Positions 10,722 through 22,365 of a DNA stretch of 64,000 nucleotides are shown here, piece by piece. Made by a program: the position numbers and the translations under genes. Within the stretch, counting starts at the first letter, position 1. The number at the start of each line of letters is the position of its first letter. Source of the stretch: Chloropicon primus (taxonomy: Eukaryota); NCBI GenBank assembly GCA_023205875.1, contig CP060755.1, positions 558,001 to 622,000 on the forward strand, in the 5' to 3' direction. A model generated the notes under the pieces. It saw nothing but the letters and a program-made list of their open reading frames with translations, did not search any database and was not told the DNA's origin.

Positions 10722-11931
10722 ATGGATGCGTACTTTCGTGATATCTATGGCTCTCGGTGGCCCAAGCTCAAAGAGGCTCTCAAGGAGGACGTGAGGCACG
10801 TAGCCCTGGCGAACCCGTTCAGTAAAATGAGCCAGGAGGAGATTCAGAGGCGACTCGGGGAGGCGAACTCGTCCTCCTCGTCTGAGAATGTTGGCACACT
10901 CCGGTGAGTCTCTCTCCCTCTCTCCCCCCCCTCTCTCTCTGAAATGGATAGAGAGAAGAAATCCAACCCGACGCGCGTCCCTCTTCTTCTTCGGATGGCT
11001 GACTTGGGCGCCTCTCCCCAGCTACCATGCGATCTCGCACTGCAGGCTGATTGATGGACTCGCCAAGGGCGCGACGGACGGCAAGTATCCCGTGCCCTTG
11101 TCCGACTCGGCGGACCTAAAGGCGTGGTACTGGATGGACTTGGGGAGCCTGTTCCCCGCGCTCGCGCTCAGGATACGTGAAGACGAGTCTGTGCTGGACG
11201 TGTGTGCCGCACCGGGTGGGAAGTCCCTCGTCTTGGCGCAGGGGCTCTTCAAGGCGGAGGAGGTGCAAGCCGCGGCGCAGCAGGGAGGGGGGCACCAGGC
11301 CAAGAGGGGATTCCTGGTGTTCAACGAGGTGAGCGCGTCGAGGAGGAAGAGGCTGGCTTGTGTCGTCTCGGAATACTTTCCAAGCCACGTCAAGTCAAGA
11401 ATCCGCTTGACGGACAGCGACGGCACGAAGCTTAGAGGTTCTTACGACAAGATACTCGTGGACGCTCCCTGCTCCAGCGAGCGCCACGTACTGATGCAGA
11501 AGTCCGGCCGTGAGAACGGGTTCAAGTCGCCCAAGTCTTCGTCCACCGCAGTGATCGAGAGGTGGTCCCCGAAGCAGTGCAAGATCTTTGCCAAGCTCCA
11601 GTACAGCATCTTGAAATCTGCTTTGACATGCCTGAAGCCTGGCGGCCAGCTCGTTTACAGCACGTGCAGCATCGCTACGGTGGAGAACGACTTTGTGATC
11701 GAGAAAATACTGCAAAAGTTCGGCCCAGGCAATGGGAGGTGCCACGTAAAAGCAGTGAAGGACTGCGGGTTCGGAAATGCCAAGGACAGGGCCACTCTGG
11801 AGCAACTGGGCTGCGAGCGGACCAAGCACGGGTACTTCATGCTCCCGGACAAGAGCAAGTTCGGTCCAATCTACTGGTGCCTTCTGGAGAGGTCGCAGGG
11901 CAGCGGGGGGGACTCGGAGCATTCAGAGTGA
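10722..11931 (+). CDS. RsmB/NOP2 (NSUN3/NSUN4-like) RNA m5C methyltransferase (2 exons; 5' end uncertain)
   Basis: Motifs VLDVCAAPGGKS, DKILVDAPCSSER and GGQLVYSTCS. GT-AG intron 10904-11045 joins TLR|LIDG in frame. Confidence 0.85.
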
Positions 11932-12024
11932 GCACGGTTCATAAATCTACAACATGTAACAACAAACAAAACGGGATAAAAATATATTGATACAAATTTG
12001 GTTTTTAACGTCGTTTCACGACAA

Positions 12025-12963
12025 TCAGTCCCCGTCTTCTCGCACGAACGCGCCCAGCGTGCAGGGTTCCATGCCCTCTGTCGCCTCAATGGGGTAGAGC
12101 ACGTGCTTGGGGTGACGCACGGAAATGCAGAGGGAGTCCCTGAACTCTTGCTCGGGCACGGCTTTGCAGACGTCGTCCAGGAGGACGACTTCCCCCTCCT
12201 CCTCCTCCCCTTCGAGGCCGCGCCTCACCATTCTTCGAGGCGTTGGTACGACGGGGACATCCTCTATCTCGCCGCTCCTTTTGGGGGACTCCCCAAGGCC
12301 GAACTTGGACAAGTTCGCTTGGGACACTCGAGCCAAGCGCTCCGGCCTTTCCCGCCAGAAGTTGATCAGCAGGGTTTTCCTGCAGGTCACGTTGAGCGAG
12401 TCGAGGACGCCGTGGGCGAGCCTCCCGTCAAAGATCAGAACCCGGTTCGCCCTCGGGTACGAGAGGACGGACTTCCTCGGCTCCCCCCCTCCCCCCTGCC
12501 CTTGGTACACCTGGTCCACCACAATCGTGGGAGACTGCTTGGGAACCTTGGAGGCCGCCGAGGTGGGCGCCTGCCCCTCGGTCAGGTAAATCACCGAAGA
12601 CAGGATGGGGAACTGGAAGATTCCCTTGGTCTCCACCTTGCTCTCGTCCTTGTCGAAGTGGAACTCCAATCCCCGCCCTCCCGTGTACACCTGCGTCCAG
12701 TACTCCGCCCCCTCCCACTCCTCGCCCTCCAGGAGCTCACCCGCGATCCGCCGGAACAGGTCCACGCTCGCCCACTCCCCGAGTCCCCTCGCCCCGTCCT
12801 CCACGACGACCTTCTCCCTCGGGATCCAGTAGTTCGGGCAATCGCCCAGCTTCTCCGCCTCCCTCTCGGCGAGCTCGTACACATCCCTCGACAGGGCGCC
12901 GTCCACCACCACCACCCTGTACTCCTCCTCCAGGTACCTACCGTCGTCCTCCTCCTCCGCCAT
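12025..12963 (-). CDS. 2-oxoglutarate/Fe(II)-dependent dioxygenase (prolyl-hydroxylase-like)
   Basis: HxD (FHFDKDE), SSVIYL, distal His (FDGRLAHGV) and 2OG-binding Arg (RKTLLINFW). Confidence 0.8.
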   Translation of the reverse strand: MAEEEDDGRYLEEEYRVVVVDGALSRDVYELAEREAEKLGDCPNYWIPREKVVVEDGARGLGEWASVDLFRRIAGELLEGEEWEGAEYWTQVYTGGRGLEFHFDKDESKVETKGIFQFPILSSVIYLTEGQAPTSAASKVPKQSPTIVVDQVYQGQGGGGEPRKSVLSYPRANRVLIFDGRLAHGVLDSLNVTCRKTLLINFWRERPERLARVSQANLSKFGLGESPKRSGEIEDVPVVPTPRRMVRRGLEGEEEEGEVVLLDDVCKAVPEQEFRDSLCISVRHPKHVLYPIEATEGMEPCTLGAFVREDGD

Positions 12964-13291
12964 GGGAAGGCGCAGGTCGACAAGCCTGCAAGCCTTCCAC
13001 CTCTCTTCCTCTTCCTCTCAATCTCAAACCCAATTCCGTTCCCGATGGCTCTCTTCCACGAAGGTCTTGGCGTCAAGTGAGGTATCGATGGAAAGCTCAA
13101 AGATCCAAGAATTTCGTTCAGACGATCCCCTCGCCCTCTCGCGCCTTCCCTCGCTCTGCCGAACCCAACCGAGTTCCGCACTCCTCCTCCTCCCTGTTCC
13201 AGTCACACTCCTGGCACTCGAACGAGAGAGCGCGCGCGCGAGGAGAGGAGAGGAGCGAGGCGCGAGGGCGCGAGGTGCGAGGTGCGAGGGG

Positions 13292-13390
13292 ATGGACCCA
13301 CCTCGAGGCAAAGACTCTGAGACGAACGAGGACGACCTGCCTCCCGGTTGGAGGAAGAAGCAAAGCAAATCGAGGCCGGGAAAGCCCTGG

Positions 13391-13425
<35 letters not shown>

Positions 13426-14098
13426 TGATGGCCAACGGAAGGAGAAGAGGGGAGAGGAGAGAGGGGAGGATCGATTCATTTTCGATGGACGGACGGATCG
13501 GGGCATCAACATGATCTATTTCGTCGTGCGTGCGTGTGTCTCTTCCTTTGTTTGTTTGTTTGATTGGCTGAACCTGAACGCAATGTTTTCTGTTTTTGTT
13601 CTGTCTGTCTTCATCCTCGTGGGTCGCGTGGTCTGCAGGTACTACATCAACTCCCACACGGGGAAGACGCAGTGGGAGAAGCCCAGCAAGGCCGCGGTGC
13701 CCACTGAGAGGAAGAGGGACAGGAGTCCAGTCATGCGAGGAGGCTCGGGGGAGGAGGAGGTGCAGGTGCTCCACCTGTTGAAGAAGCACCGCGGGTCGAG
13801 GAGGCCCGCGTCCTGGCGCAATCCGAACATCACGATCACCAAGGATGAGGCGGAGGATCTGGTGAGGGGCCTGAGGGAGCAGATCGCGGGAGCGGACGAC
13901 GTGAGGGCCAAGTTCGAGGAGCTGGCGACGGTGGAGAGCGACTGCAGCAGCGCCAAGCGCGGAGGGGACCTCGGCCCGTTCGGAAGGGGGAGGATGATGC
14001 CCAGCTTCGAGAAGGCGTCCTTCGAGCTCCAGCCGGGAGAGATGTCCGGCCTGGTCGAGACGGACTCCGGCGTCCACATCATCTACAGGGTGGCGTGA
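13292..14098 (+). CDS. PIN1: Pin1/Ess1-type parvulin peptidyl-prolyl isomerase with WW domain (2 exons)
   Basis: WW domain LPPGWRKKQSKSRPGKPW|YYINSHTGKTQWEKP across intron 13390-13638; HLLKKHRGSRRP, ESDCSSAKRGGDLGPFGRG, SGVHII. Confidence 0.93.
13394..13422. repeat. (GA)n microsatellite in the PIN1 intron
   Basis: Direct read. Confidence 0.9.
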
Positions 14099-15677
14099 GC
14101 GCGAGAGCGTATGCATTCATGATAGGATAAGACACGGGAGTTAAGAAGTTAAGAAGAACTTGTCAACAAGAACAACAAGGTTGGTTGTTTATCAACGTCC
14201 TCACTCATGTAGAGGGTGGTGGTGGCGTGTGTGCGGGTTTCTTCAAGGTGTGCGTGCAATCCAATTGCCGAAGAGCCGAAGAGCCGAAGGGAGAGAGCAA
14301 GAACAACAACAAGAACAGCACCATCCTTGTCAATGACAAATGACAATGATTTTGAGTGTCCCCTTCTTGTGAAGCAAATTCTTCATTGTCATCTCTGAAT
14401 TCTTGAAGAAGAATCCTGCTGGCGAGCCTTGGCCAACACAACACAACACAACAACGTTGCACACACACGCCTTTGTCGTCCAAGATCCTTCGTTCCCGTG
14501 GACTGCACTTGACTCTTCACAGGCCCGTACGTCATCCGAGCAAGAGCAAGAGCAACAACAAGAGAAAGCAAGGCATAAAGCAAACAAAGGAGCACAAAGC
14601 CCAAGGCTCTCTTTCCTCTTCACTTTTTCAGAAGACGAGCTCCTTGGCTCCTTGGCTCCTTCGCTCGGCCTCAAGGTGCGTTGTGTACTCTTCGTGTAGA
14701 AACTCCGTGTTGCGCTTTGTTTTTGTGTTTTGTTTTTTCTTACCAAAAAATGAATGAATTGGCTTGAAATATCTCTCTCAAGAGGGATTTTCTACTCCGC
14801 CGTTTTCAGCCTATTTTTCGCGCGAGTGGAGCGGATTTCTGATTCATTTTTTCTCCCCACTTAGTCGCGATTTCTACACCCCCTGAGGTCGCTCCGTTCT
14901 TGGGAAGGGGGAGGCGCCCACCCCAGCTCAGCGACGAGGCGAAGTGCTGGAGAAGGCGCAGAGCGAGGGAGAGGACGAGGCCTTGATCGATCGTGACTTT
15001 GGTCTGATCGCGAGGGGCGAGCGCTTGAGAGAAGGGAGAGAAGAGAGAGGAAAGACGGGTCACTCTTCTTGTGCCAAGTTGGCTTCTCGCGAAGGTGCTT
15101 GGTTCTCCTGAGAAAGAGGAAGAGGTCTGCGTGGTTTCGTCTTTGCTCTCTTGGTTCTCTTGGTTCTCTTTTGCCTTGGTGTGACTTTGACGCGCGTCAT
15201 GTTGTCGTGGTGTTAGTGGATCGCAGTCGGATCGACACAAGGCAGAGGTCTTCTTTTGCTTGGCGCGGGGTTTCGTTTTCATTGCGACGACGGTGGACCG
15301 CTTTGGCTTCGGATTGGGAAGATCTTCTTCTTTGGTCCTTGTTCTTTTTCTTCTCTTGTTGTCACTGCTTTTCTAGATACTTGTACAAGGTCTGGACGCT
15401 GCGACGCTTTGGGATCGGTGAGTGAGAAAGCACCGGGGGGTGCCTCGCGCCCTCGGTTGCCTCGTGAGGAGATCGGCGCTGGGAAGCTGACATTGCCTCG
15501 TCTCTCTCTCTCTCTCGGTTCGCGGTTTCCTCGGAAAAGAAAAGGAGGAAGAAACAACGAGACACGCGGCGCACGGCACACCCAGGGGGGGAGGTTTAGT
15601 GAAGAGGAGGGGCAAGGGGAAGACGTCGCGTCATTCATTGTTTTCGTTCTTCGCTCACCGATACTGCCATCAATACC

Positions 15678-16685
15678 ATGGTCCAGACGAACTTGATTAG
15701 AGACCTTCAGAATCGAGGTGTTGCAGTGCAGAACGGGGACGCCCAGCACACCTACAATTCGCTGTGCATGAACGACGCGATAAAGATGGAGGTGGAGCGG
15801 TCGCAGCTGATGTACAAGCACGACATGGTGGACAGCATGCTGTCCCAGCTCGCGAACATCGACCAGGACACGAACCTCCCGGTGAATAGCTACGACATAG
15901 ACTTGCCGATGTGGATGACGATGGACCAGGGCGATCCTTTCGCGGACGTGGAGCTCGGGAGCGACCTGAGTAACCTCCGGGACAGGTTCTTCCCTGACGC
16001 GAACAACCTCAAGCACGGGGGTGGCCTGGGCGGCCACGGCCTGGGCGGCGGGATGATCCACGAGAACGCGTTGCTCCAGCACCACAAGGCGAATGGAGGA
16101 GGCGGGTTGAACGGCAAGGCCGGGAACGGCTCCTCCGCTCAGCAGCAGCTCTCTCCAAAGAAATCGAGGGGAGGGAGCAAAAAGGGCGGAGCAGGAAAAG
16201 GAGACGGCGCTGCGGGCAGCACCACAAAGCGCCTCAGCGGCGTCAACGGCATGAGCAAGTCCGTGAAGAAGCAGAGCGCGAACGGGAAGGGCAACGGATC
16301 CCCGGGCAAGGGGAAGGGCTCCGTCTCTGCGGATGGAAGCAACGGCGACGCGAGCGCCGAGGGAAGCAATGGGAACGGCCACAGGCGCAAGAAGCACCAC
16401 AACCCGTGGACAGCCGAGGAGACCCAGGCCCTCATCGAGGGAGTTAGCATCTGCGGCGGCGGGAAGTGGGCCGACATCAAGAAGCTCGGCCTCAAGGCCA
16501 TTGAGAGGAGGTCCGCGGTGGACCTCAAGGACAAGTGGAGAAACCTGCTTCGAGTTGCGCTCCTTCCACAGCAGACGTTGAGGCAGATAGAGAGGAAGAG
16601 AGAAGTGAGCAGCGAGATGCTCGCCAAGGTTAGGGTGCTCTCCGCCAAGTACAACAATGGCAAGAAAATTAAATCCAAAGCATAA
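15678..16685 (+). CDS. Telobox (TRF-like) single-MYB DNA-binding protein; start codon uncertain
   Basis: C-terminal MYB WTAEETQALIEGV..GKWADIK..RSAVDLKDKWRNL; VDLKDKWRN is the telobox signature. Confidence 0.82.
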   Translation: MVQTNLIRDLQNRGVAVQNGDAQHTYNSLCMNDAIKMEVERSQLMYKHDMVDSMLSQLANIDQDTNLPVNSYDIDLPMWMTMDQGDPFADVELGSDLSNLRDRFFPDANNLKHGGGLGGHGLGGGMIHENALLQHHKANGGGGLNGKAGNGSSAQQQLSPKKSRGGSKKGGAGKGDGAAGSTTKRLSGVNGMSKSVKKQSANGKGNGSPGKGKGSVSADGSNGDASAEGSNGNGHRRKKHHNPWTAEETQALIEGVSICGGGKWADIKKLGLKAIERRSAVDLKDKWRNLLRVALLPQQTLRQIERKREVSSEMLAKVRVLSAKYNNGKKIKSKA

Positions 16686-17164
16686 GGTGAGATAGGGGTA
16701 GAGCGGCTTTTGCGTTGGCCACCAGAAAGTTTATGAACTGTGGGCCAGGAGCTGTGTCACCCATTCAATTCTTTTCTATGATACAAAGCTATAAGAGATT
16801 TTTTGGATTCTTACTTGCCCCCTCCCTCAGTTCGTCCGGTCACCCGAGAGCTTTCGATACTTCAATTCAGTTGTTGATATGACAAAGTGGGGTGGCATTG
16901 CCCCCCCACCCCCCAAAAGAAATAGCCTCCTTGGGGTTCAAAAGTCTGAGCTTCGGCTCCGTTGGAGGCTCGGCCCCCGATCAGACTCTGATCTCAAGGC
17001 CAATTTTCAAGACCAAGAGAGAGAGAGAGAGTGGCTGAGGAGCGAGAGCAAACACAACCCAATCACAAGCACGAGCACGAGCACCAGCAGAAGGGCCGAG
17101 CGGATCGCATTGCGTTGAGTGAGCGAGTCTCGGTTTTGTCTTGTTTGGAAAATCGTCGAAGGCC

Positions 17165-18637
17165 ATGGAGGTGGAGGAGCCGGAGCCTGGCAGGGAGGAG
17201 AGGGGGAGGAGGAGTGGTAGGTCTTTGTCTCCGTCGACGGAGGAGAGGAGGTCGAGGGGCCGGAGGAAGCGGAGCCGAAGCCGGGAGAGGGAGAGGCGGA
17301 GAGACAGGCGAAGCAGGAGCAGGAGTGGCGAGAGGGAGAGGTATGGCGGTGGGAGGAGGTACAACAGGGACAGCAGGGACTCGAGGAGGCGGAGCGGACG
17401 GAGGGAGAGGGACAGGAGGGAGAGGACGCCGCCGGAGGTGATGGAGGAGCGGGAGAGGGAGCGGGACTCGAGGACCGTCTTCGTGAACGGTCTCAGCGCC
17501 AAGTGCGGGGACAGGGATCTCTTCGACTTCTTCTCCGACAGCGGAACTGTCGTGGACATTCGGATCATTAGGGACAGGTACACGAGAAGGTGCAAGGGTT
17601 ACGCCTACGTGGAGTTCGAGGACAAGTCCACCGTGGACAAGTCCCTCTTGCTGTCGGGATCCGCCCTGCTTGGCTCGAGCGTAGAGGTCCGATCAACTTC
17701 CTGGTCAAAGGAGGGGGAGAGAGGTGGCCGCTCCGGCTCTGGCGCCAACGCCGGCGTGCAGAGGGCCCACGGGTCCAGCAGGGGCGACCTCGGGGCGGAG
17801 GGAGCCCCGAGCCCGACTGGGAGAATGCCGCTGAAGCTCTACGTGGGCAACCTGCACCCGGGGGTCACGCCCCAGGATCTCAAATCCATCTTCGAGCCTT
17901 TCGGCCCCGTCGCGTTCGCCAATCTCGCGCAAAAGCCTCAGGCCCAGGATCCCGGCAGGGCGTGGGGGTACGGCTTCGTACAGTTCGCGAACCAGGAGGA
18001 CGGAAGCAAGGCCGCGGCCCAGCTGGATGGCCTGGAGCTGGCGGGCCTGAGCATCAAGGTCTCTGCCGCCAAGAGCAACGCCGAGGTCGGTCAGGACGCG
18101 GCCGCGCCGGGGCAGGCCTCGCTGGACGACGACCTCACCGGGAGCGAAGGTTTGAAGCTGAACGCCAAGTCTAGGATGGCTCTGATGGCCAAGCTCTCGG
18201 GGGGGTCCGAGGCTGCCGTCATCAGCCAGGTCGGGGCCGGGGGCGCCCCCGCCCCCGCCGACCCCGCCCCCGGTGCGGGTGGCCCGAGTTCCGCGGAGGC
18301 AAGCGACCTCGAGATCCAGCAGGGCGTCCTCGGCCCGGCCAGCCCGATCCCGACGGTGTGTATTTTATTGAAGAACATGTTCGACCCCAAGGAGGAGACC
18401 GAGGAGGGCTGGGACGAGGACATCGCCGACGACGTGAAGCAGGAGTGCTCCAACTTCGGCAGGGTCAAGCACATCTTCGTGGACAAGGAGAGCCAGGGCT
18501 TCGCGTACTTGAAGTTAGAGACTGTGGAAGCGGCGAAGCGTGCCCGGTCGTCCCTCCACGCCAGGTGGTTCGCCGGGAGGAGGATCGCCTGCGACTTCCA
18601 GTTCCTCCAAGTTTACGACAAGCACTTTGGACTCTAG
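17165..18637 (+). CDS. RBM39: Splicing factor RBM39/RBM23 (CAPER/CC1-like): RS domain, 2 RRMs, UHM
   Basis: RS-rich N-terminus; ERDSRTVFV, KGYAYVEF, LYVGNLH, GYGFVQF; C-terminal CILLKNMFDP..RWFAGR. Confidence 0.92.
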   Translation: MEVEEPEPGREERGRRSGRSLSPSTEERRSRGRRKRSRSRERERRRDRRSRSRSGERERYGGGRRYNRDSRDSRRRSGRRERDRRERTPPEVMEERERERDSRTVFVNGLSAKCGDRDLFDFFSDSGTVVDIRIIRDRYTRRCKGYAYVEFEDKSTVDKSLLLSGSALLGSSVEVRSTSWSKEGERGGRSGSGANAGVQRAHGSSRGDLGAEGAPSPTGRMPLKLYVGNLHPGVTPQDLKSIFEPFGPVAFANLAQKPQAQDPGRAWGYGFVQFANQEDGSKAAAQLDGLELAGLSIKVSAAKSNAEVGQDAAAPGQASLDDDLTGSEGLKLNAKSRMALMAKLSGGSEAAVISQVGAGGAPAPADPAPGAGGPSSAEASDLEIQQGVLGPASPIPTVCILLKNMFDPKEETEEGWDEDIADDVKQECSNFGRVKHIFVDKESQGFAYLKLETVEAAKRARSSLHARWFAGRRIACDFQFLQVYDKHFGL

Positions 18638-18878
18638 ACGCCTCCCGGAAACCCCAAGCAGCAGGAGGCGAATCAATCCTTTCCAAGGAAGAAAAGGGCA
18701 AATCGTGTTCCTTGGGAGGGGGGCAAGGAAACACCGGGGGAGGAGGATGGTGATGGCAAAACCGGCTCCTTTCCCAAACAAAAAATAAGTCTGCAGCATC
18801 CTCCTATCATCCTCGTAATTCTCCCCTTCGATGTAAAATCGCGAATTACACTCTTTTGTCCTCTTTATTTCGTTTTTT

Positions 18879-18920
18879 TTTGGCGGGGAAAAAAATTCTG
18901 AGTTTCGCGCCATCGCCAAA
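18879..18920 (+). promoter_or_regulatory. Cluster of E2F-like sites upstream of PCNA
   Basis: TTTGGCGG (18879), overlapping reverse TTTCCCCGCC, and TTTCGCGC (18903-18910), ~200 bp before the PCNA ATG. Confidence 0.55.
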
Positions 18921-19046
18921 ACGAGGAAACCACCGGCGACGAAGCGGAGAGCAACCGAAAGGACGTGCCCTACTGCTGCTGGATTGACGGACAAGAGCTC
19001 CGAACAGGCGAAACCTCTTTCTCTTTCTTTTTCTCTTTTGGGGAGG

Positions 19047-19077
<31 letters not shown>

Positions 19078-19115
19078 CGAAGCGATCTTCTTTCCACACG
19101 TACGACTAGCCAACC

Positions 19116-20151
19116 ATGTTTGAGGCGAGACTTCTTCAGGGAGGCCTTTTGAAAAAGGTGAGTAGTAGCGCGTCGCCGTGCCTGTGACTCGGCGGGGTTC
19201 CCTTTCCCGACCTTGTCGAGGCCTGAGTCTCCCGTCGCGTCGCCAGCACCGGGCGACGTGGAAGGAAGGAAGGAATTGTGTGTTTTGCTCACGCCCACCG
19301 TTTTCTTCTCTGTCTGTCTCTCTCTCTCTGTCTTGTGCTTGTTGTGCCTGTCGTGCGTGTGCTGTCCGCCTCTCTTGCTGTGGCGCTTGCGTCAGGTTCT
19401 CGATTCCATCAAGGACATCATCACGGAGGGAAACTTCGACTGCAGCCCGAACGGGCTTTCCCTGCAGGCCATGGACTCGAGCCACGTCAGTCTCATCGAC
19501 ATTCTTTTGGAGTCCGAGGGCTTCGAGCACTATCGTTGCGACAGGAACATCCCTATGGGTTTGAACATCACGAACCTTGTGAAGATGATCAAGTGCGCCG
19601 GAAGCGAAGACATCGTGACCATCAAGTGCGAGGACAAGCCAGACAACGTGACCTTCCTCTTCGAGAGCAAGGACAACGACAAGATCAGCGACTTTGAGAT
19701 GAAGACCATGACCATAGACGACGAGCACCTCTTGGTTCCAGATCAGACGTACACCGCCGTGGTGAAGATGCCTTCCGCCGAATTCCAGAGGCTCTGCAGG
19801 GACATGGCCGCGATCGGGGACACCGTGAACATCAGTGTCACGAAGGAGGGTGTGAGGTTCTCCACCACCGGGGACATGGGAACCGCCAACATTACCGTCA
19901 GGCCCAACCCTTCTGGGGACCAGAAGGAGGAGGAGAGGACCGAGGTGCAGATCACCGAGCCAGTCTCCGCAGGCTTTGCCCTCAGGTACTTGAACTCCTT
20001 CACGAAGGCCACCCCACTTTCCCCGACTGTCACCCTCGGAATGGTTCCAAACTTGCCAATTGTTGTTGAGTACAAGATTGCTGACATGGGTCACGTCAGG
20101 TACTACTTGGCGCCAAAGATCGAGGACGAGGAGAACGCCGTCGAGGCCTAA
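19116..20151 (+). CDS. PCNA: Proliferating cell nuclear antigen (2 exons)
   Basis: [14 protein letters not shown]| intron 19158-19395 |[44 protein letters not shown]. Confidence 0.98.
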
Positions 20152-20254
20152 AAGGAATAACGGAGCTTAATGAGCTAAAACCTAAAGTTACAGGTGTGAT
20201 GCTACCTCTCGTACAATTTAAAGGGCAAGCACTCAGTCAGAAAAGTTTTTTTTC

Positions 20255-21360
20255 TCACACATACTTGAAGTACGCCTTGTTGTGCATCACAAGCTTGTCC
20301 TCCACGAAGTAAAAAGAATCTGATACATGCTCGTCGGGGCTGCCAACCTGAACGAGGGAGTCGGGAAGAAGAAGATTCGATGGTTTCGCTTCAGTTTTGT
20401 TGTTGTTGTTGTTGTTGTTGTGCGTGTGTTTCTCTTCGCCGCCTCCGAGAACGAGTGGGGGGACGCGGAAGCAAAGAGAGAAAGCGCCGCGGCGTTGCTC
20501 ACCATATCATTGATTCTCTCCTTGGAGTTCACAGGCATGTCGTAAACGGCCTCCCACGTGTTCGTGCTGTTGGGAATGCAAAACCCGAACGTGAAGTCAT
20601 AGTTTCTCAGAAGTTCCCCCTTGTAGTAGTGCCTCTCGATCATCCTAAAGCTAGGAACTTCCAAGGGACCCACGCAAAACTTGAGCCTGCCAAGTCGTGG
20701 AAAAGTCACCAGAGACGAACCATCATCATGTCAGAAGAAGAAGAGATCCTGGGTCATGCCCTTTCTCGAGAAGCTTTCTTCGTGGACTTACATAGTGCGG
20801 ACCGTCTTGAACTTCAAGAACTCCTTGGGCAGGTTGTACCGCACAGTTCTGGCCAAATCTTCCAAGCTGACCCCACCCTTTGAGGCCTCCAAACTCAGCG
20901 CGCTCAGGTCAGGCGCATCATCTCTCGAAACCTAGAAAGCGAAGAGGAAGAAGCATGCGTGAGCTAAAAACCTAGGCTGCTTTCGAGCAAATGCAAAGTC
21001 CCCACCTTGAACACGGATTTCGACGTGTCGTAGTCCTTAATCTCAAACTCCAAGAACTCTATCTTGTACTTGTTATCGCTAAGACTGCAGGAGAAGCCTG
21101 TATGCAAAGAGTTCGGAAAGGGAACGTGGGTCAGCAACAAGGGAGGACGCTCCTGATCTCAAAAAGGCCAACCCCTCCTCTCCCTCCCTTTCCCTTGGCC
21201 TTCCCATGGCTAGGGGGAGGCTCTCCTGGAGGCCAAGGCGAAGGAATTGCGGAAGGAAAGCCAAAACCCCAAGGCGTGGGAGCATCTGAGTGGCACCTGG
21301 TTCGTGTTCCTCACCTTCCGTGGGCTTCTTGAACGCCAGAACCTCCTCTGGAGTGTGCAT
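20255..21360 (-). CDS. UNC119: UNC119 (PDE-delta family) myristoyl-cargo chaperone (5 exons)
   Basis: Exons 21360-21315, 21097-21006, 20931-20792, 20686-20503 and 20347-20255, all with GT-AG introns and in frame. Motifs FRMIERHYY, YDFTFGFCIPNSTNTWE, SDSFYFVEDKLVMHNKAYFKY. Confidence 0.92.
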
Positions 21361-21596
21361 CCTGGTCGCCTCCCTTCCTATTCGTCTGTTGGCTCCAAGT
21401 TTTGAAAAAACAATTTCAACGATATTCTTCAGAGAGAAGAAGAAGATTATGATGATGATGGGGGAGAGGGAGCGAGAACAAAAACTGTAAACGATGCAAG
21501 ACAAGTACTTAAGTGGAAAAGAATTAATCGAGGACCGCTCTGAGTCTCGTTCAGTAGTTGATGTGTCTAAGGTCGTGGTCGCGCCGGCGGTCGTGA

Positions 21597-22274
21597 TCAC
21601 GAAGTCATTCTCCCTATGAAAAAGGCAAGGAGCGCGGCCAAGAACAAGTGAACGAGAGAGAAGCCTTTCAGAACCATCTGCTTCTTCATGGGCAGGCCCG
21701 TGCTCGTTCCCGGTGCGGCCTGTGCCTGAGTTCTCTTGGCCAGGGCAGCCTCCCCGGCGCTCAAGGCAGAGGCCGGCGTCGCTGGCAGAGTCAAGTCCTC
21801 CTTGATCCCCTCGACGACCTTCTGGGCCGCGGGCGGGGTCGACGTGACCACCTCCTTCACCGGCGACGGGATCGAGGAGGCCTGCGTGTAAGAGACCTTG
21901 AGCTTGAACTCGTGGACGTCCTTGCCCCCCACCTTGGAGAACAAGTTGGCGCTGATCGGCTGCTCGGCCTCTTCCTCGGATAACTTAACACTCTGGACCA
22001 GGAACTTGTCCCTGCACGCCTCGAAGTCCTGGGGCTTCTCCTTCTGCGCGCTCATCATGATCTGGATCGGGACCTTGGACTGCGGCAGGACGAAACCCGT
22101 GCTCGGCCTCACGCAGTACTTCTTCGGCGTCGTGGTCTTGATCTTGAAGGCCACGGTGTGGGTCGCCGGGTTGTGGAGCACGAGCGTCGCAGGGATCTGC
22201 TTCTTCAGCTCGAACTTGAACTTGAGCTCCGTCGGAGATATGATCAAAATCGGCTCCTTGTTGTTCGAACCCAT
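21597..22274 (-). CDS. VAP27: VAMP-associated protein (MSP domain, C-terminal TM anchor)
   Basis: VAFKIKTTTPKKYCVRPSTG, CRDKFLVQSV; hydrophobic C-terminal tail anchor. ATG at 22274 (MGSNN). Confidence 0.93.
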   Translation of the reverse strand: MGSNNKEPILIISPTELKFKFELKKQIPATLVLHNPATHTVAFKIKTTTPKKYCVRPSTGFVLPQSKVPIQIMMSAQKEKPQDFEACRDKFLVQSVKLSEEEAEQPISANLFSKVGGKDVHEFKLKVSYTQASSIPSPVKEVVTSTPPAAQKVVEGIKEDLTLPATPASALSAGEAALAKRTQAQAAPGTSTGLPMKKQMVLKGFSLVHLFLAALLAFFIGRMTS

Positions 22275-22365
22275 CCTTGCTGTCCTCCTTCTTCTCACTC
22301 ACTCACTCACGCGCACGCCAAACCGAATCCCCGTCGAGTTCGGATCCTTCAGTTCGTTCGATCGA

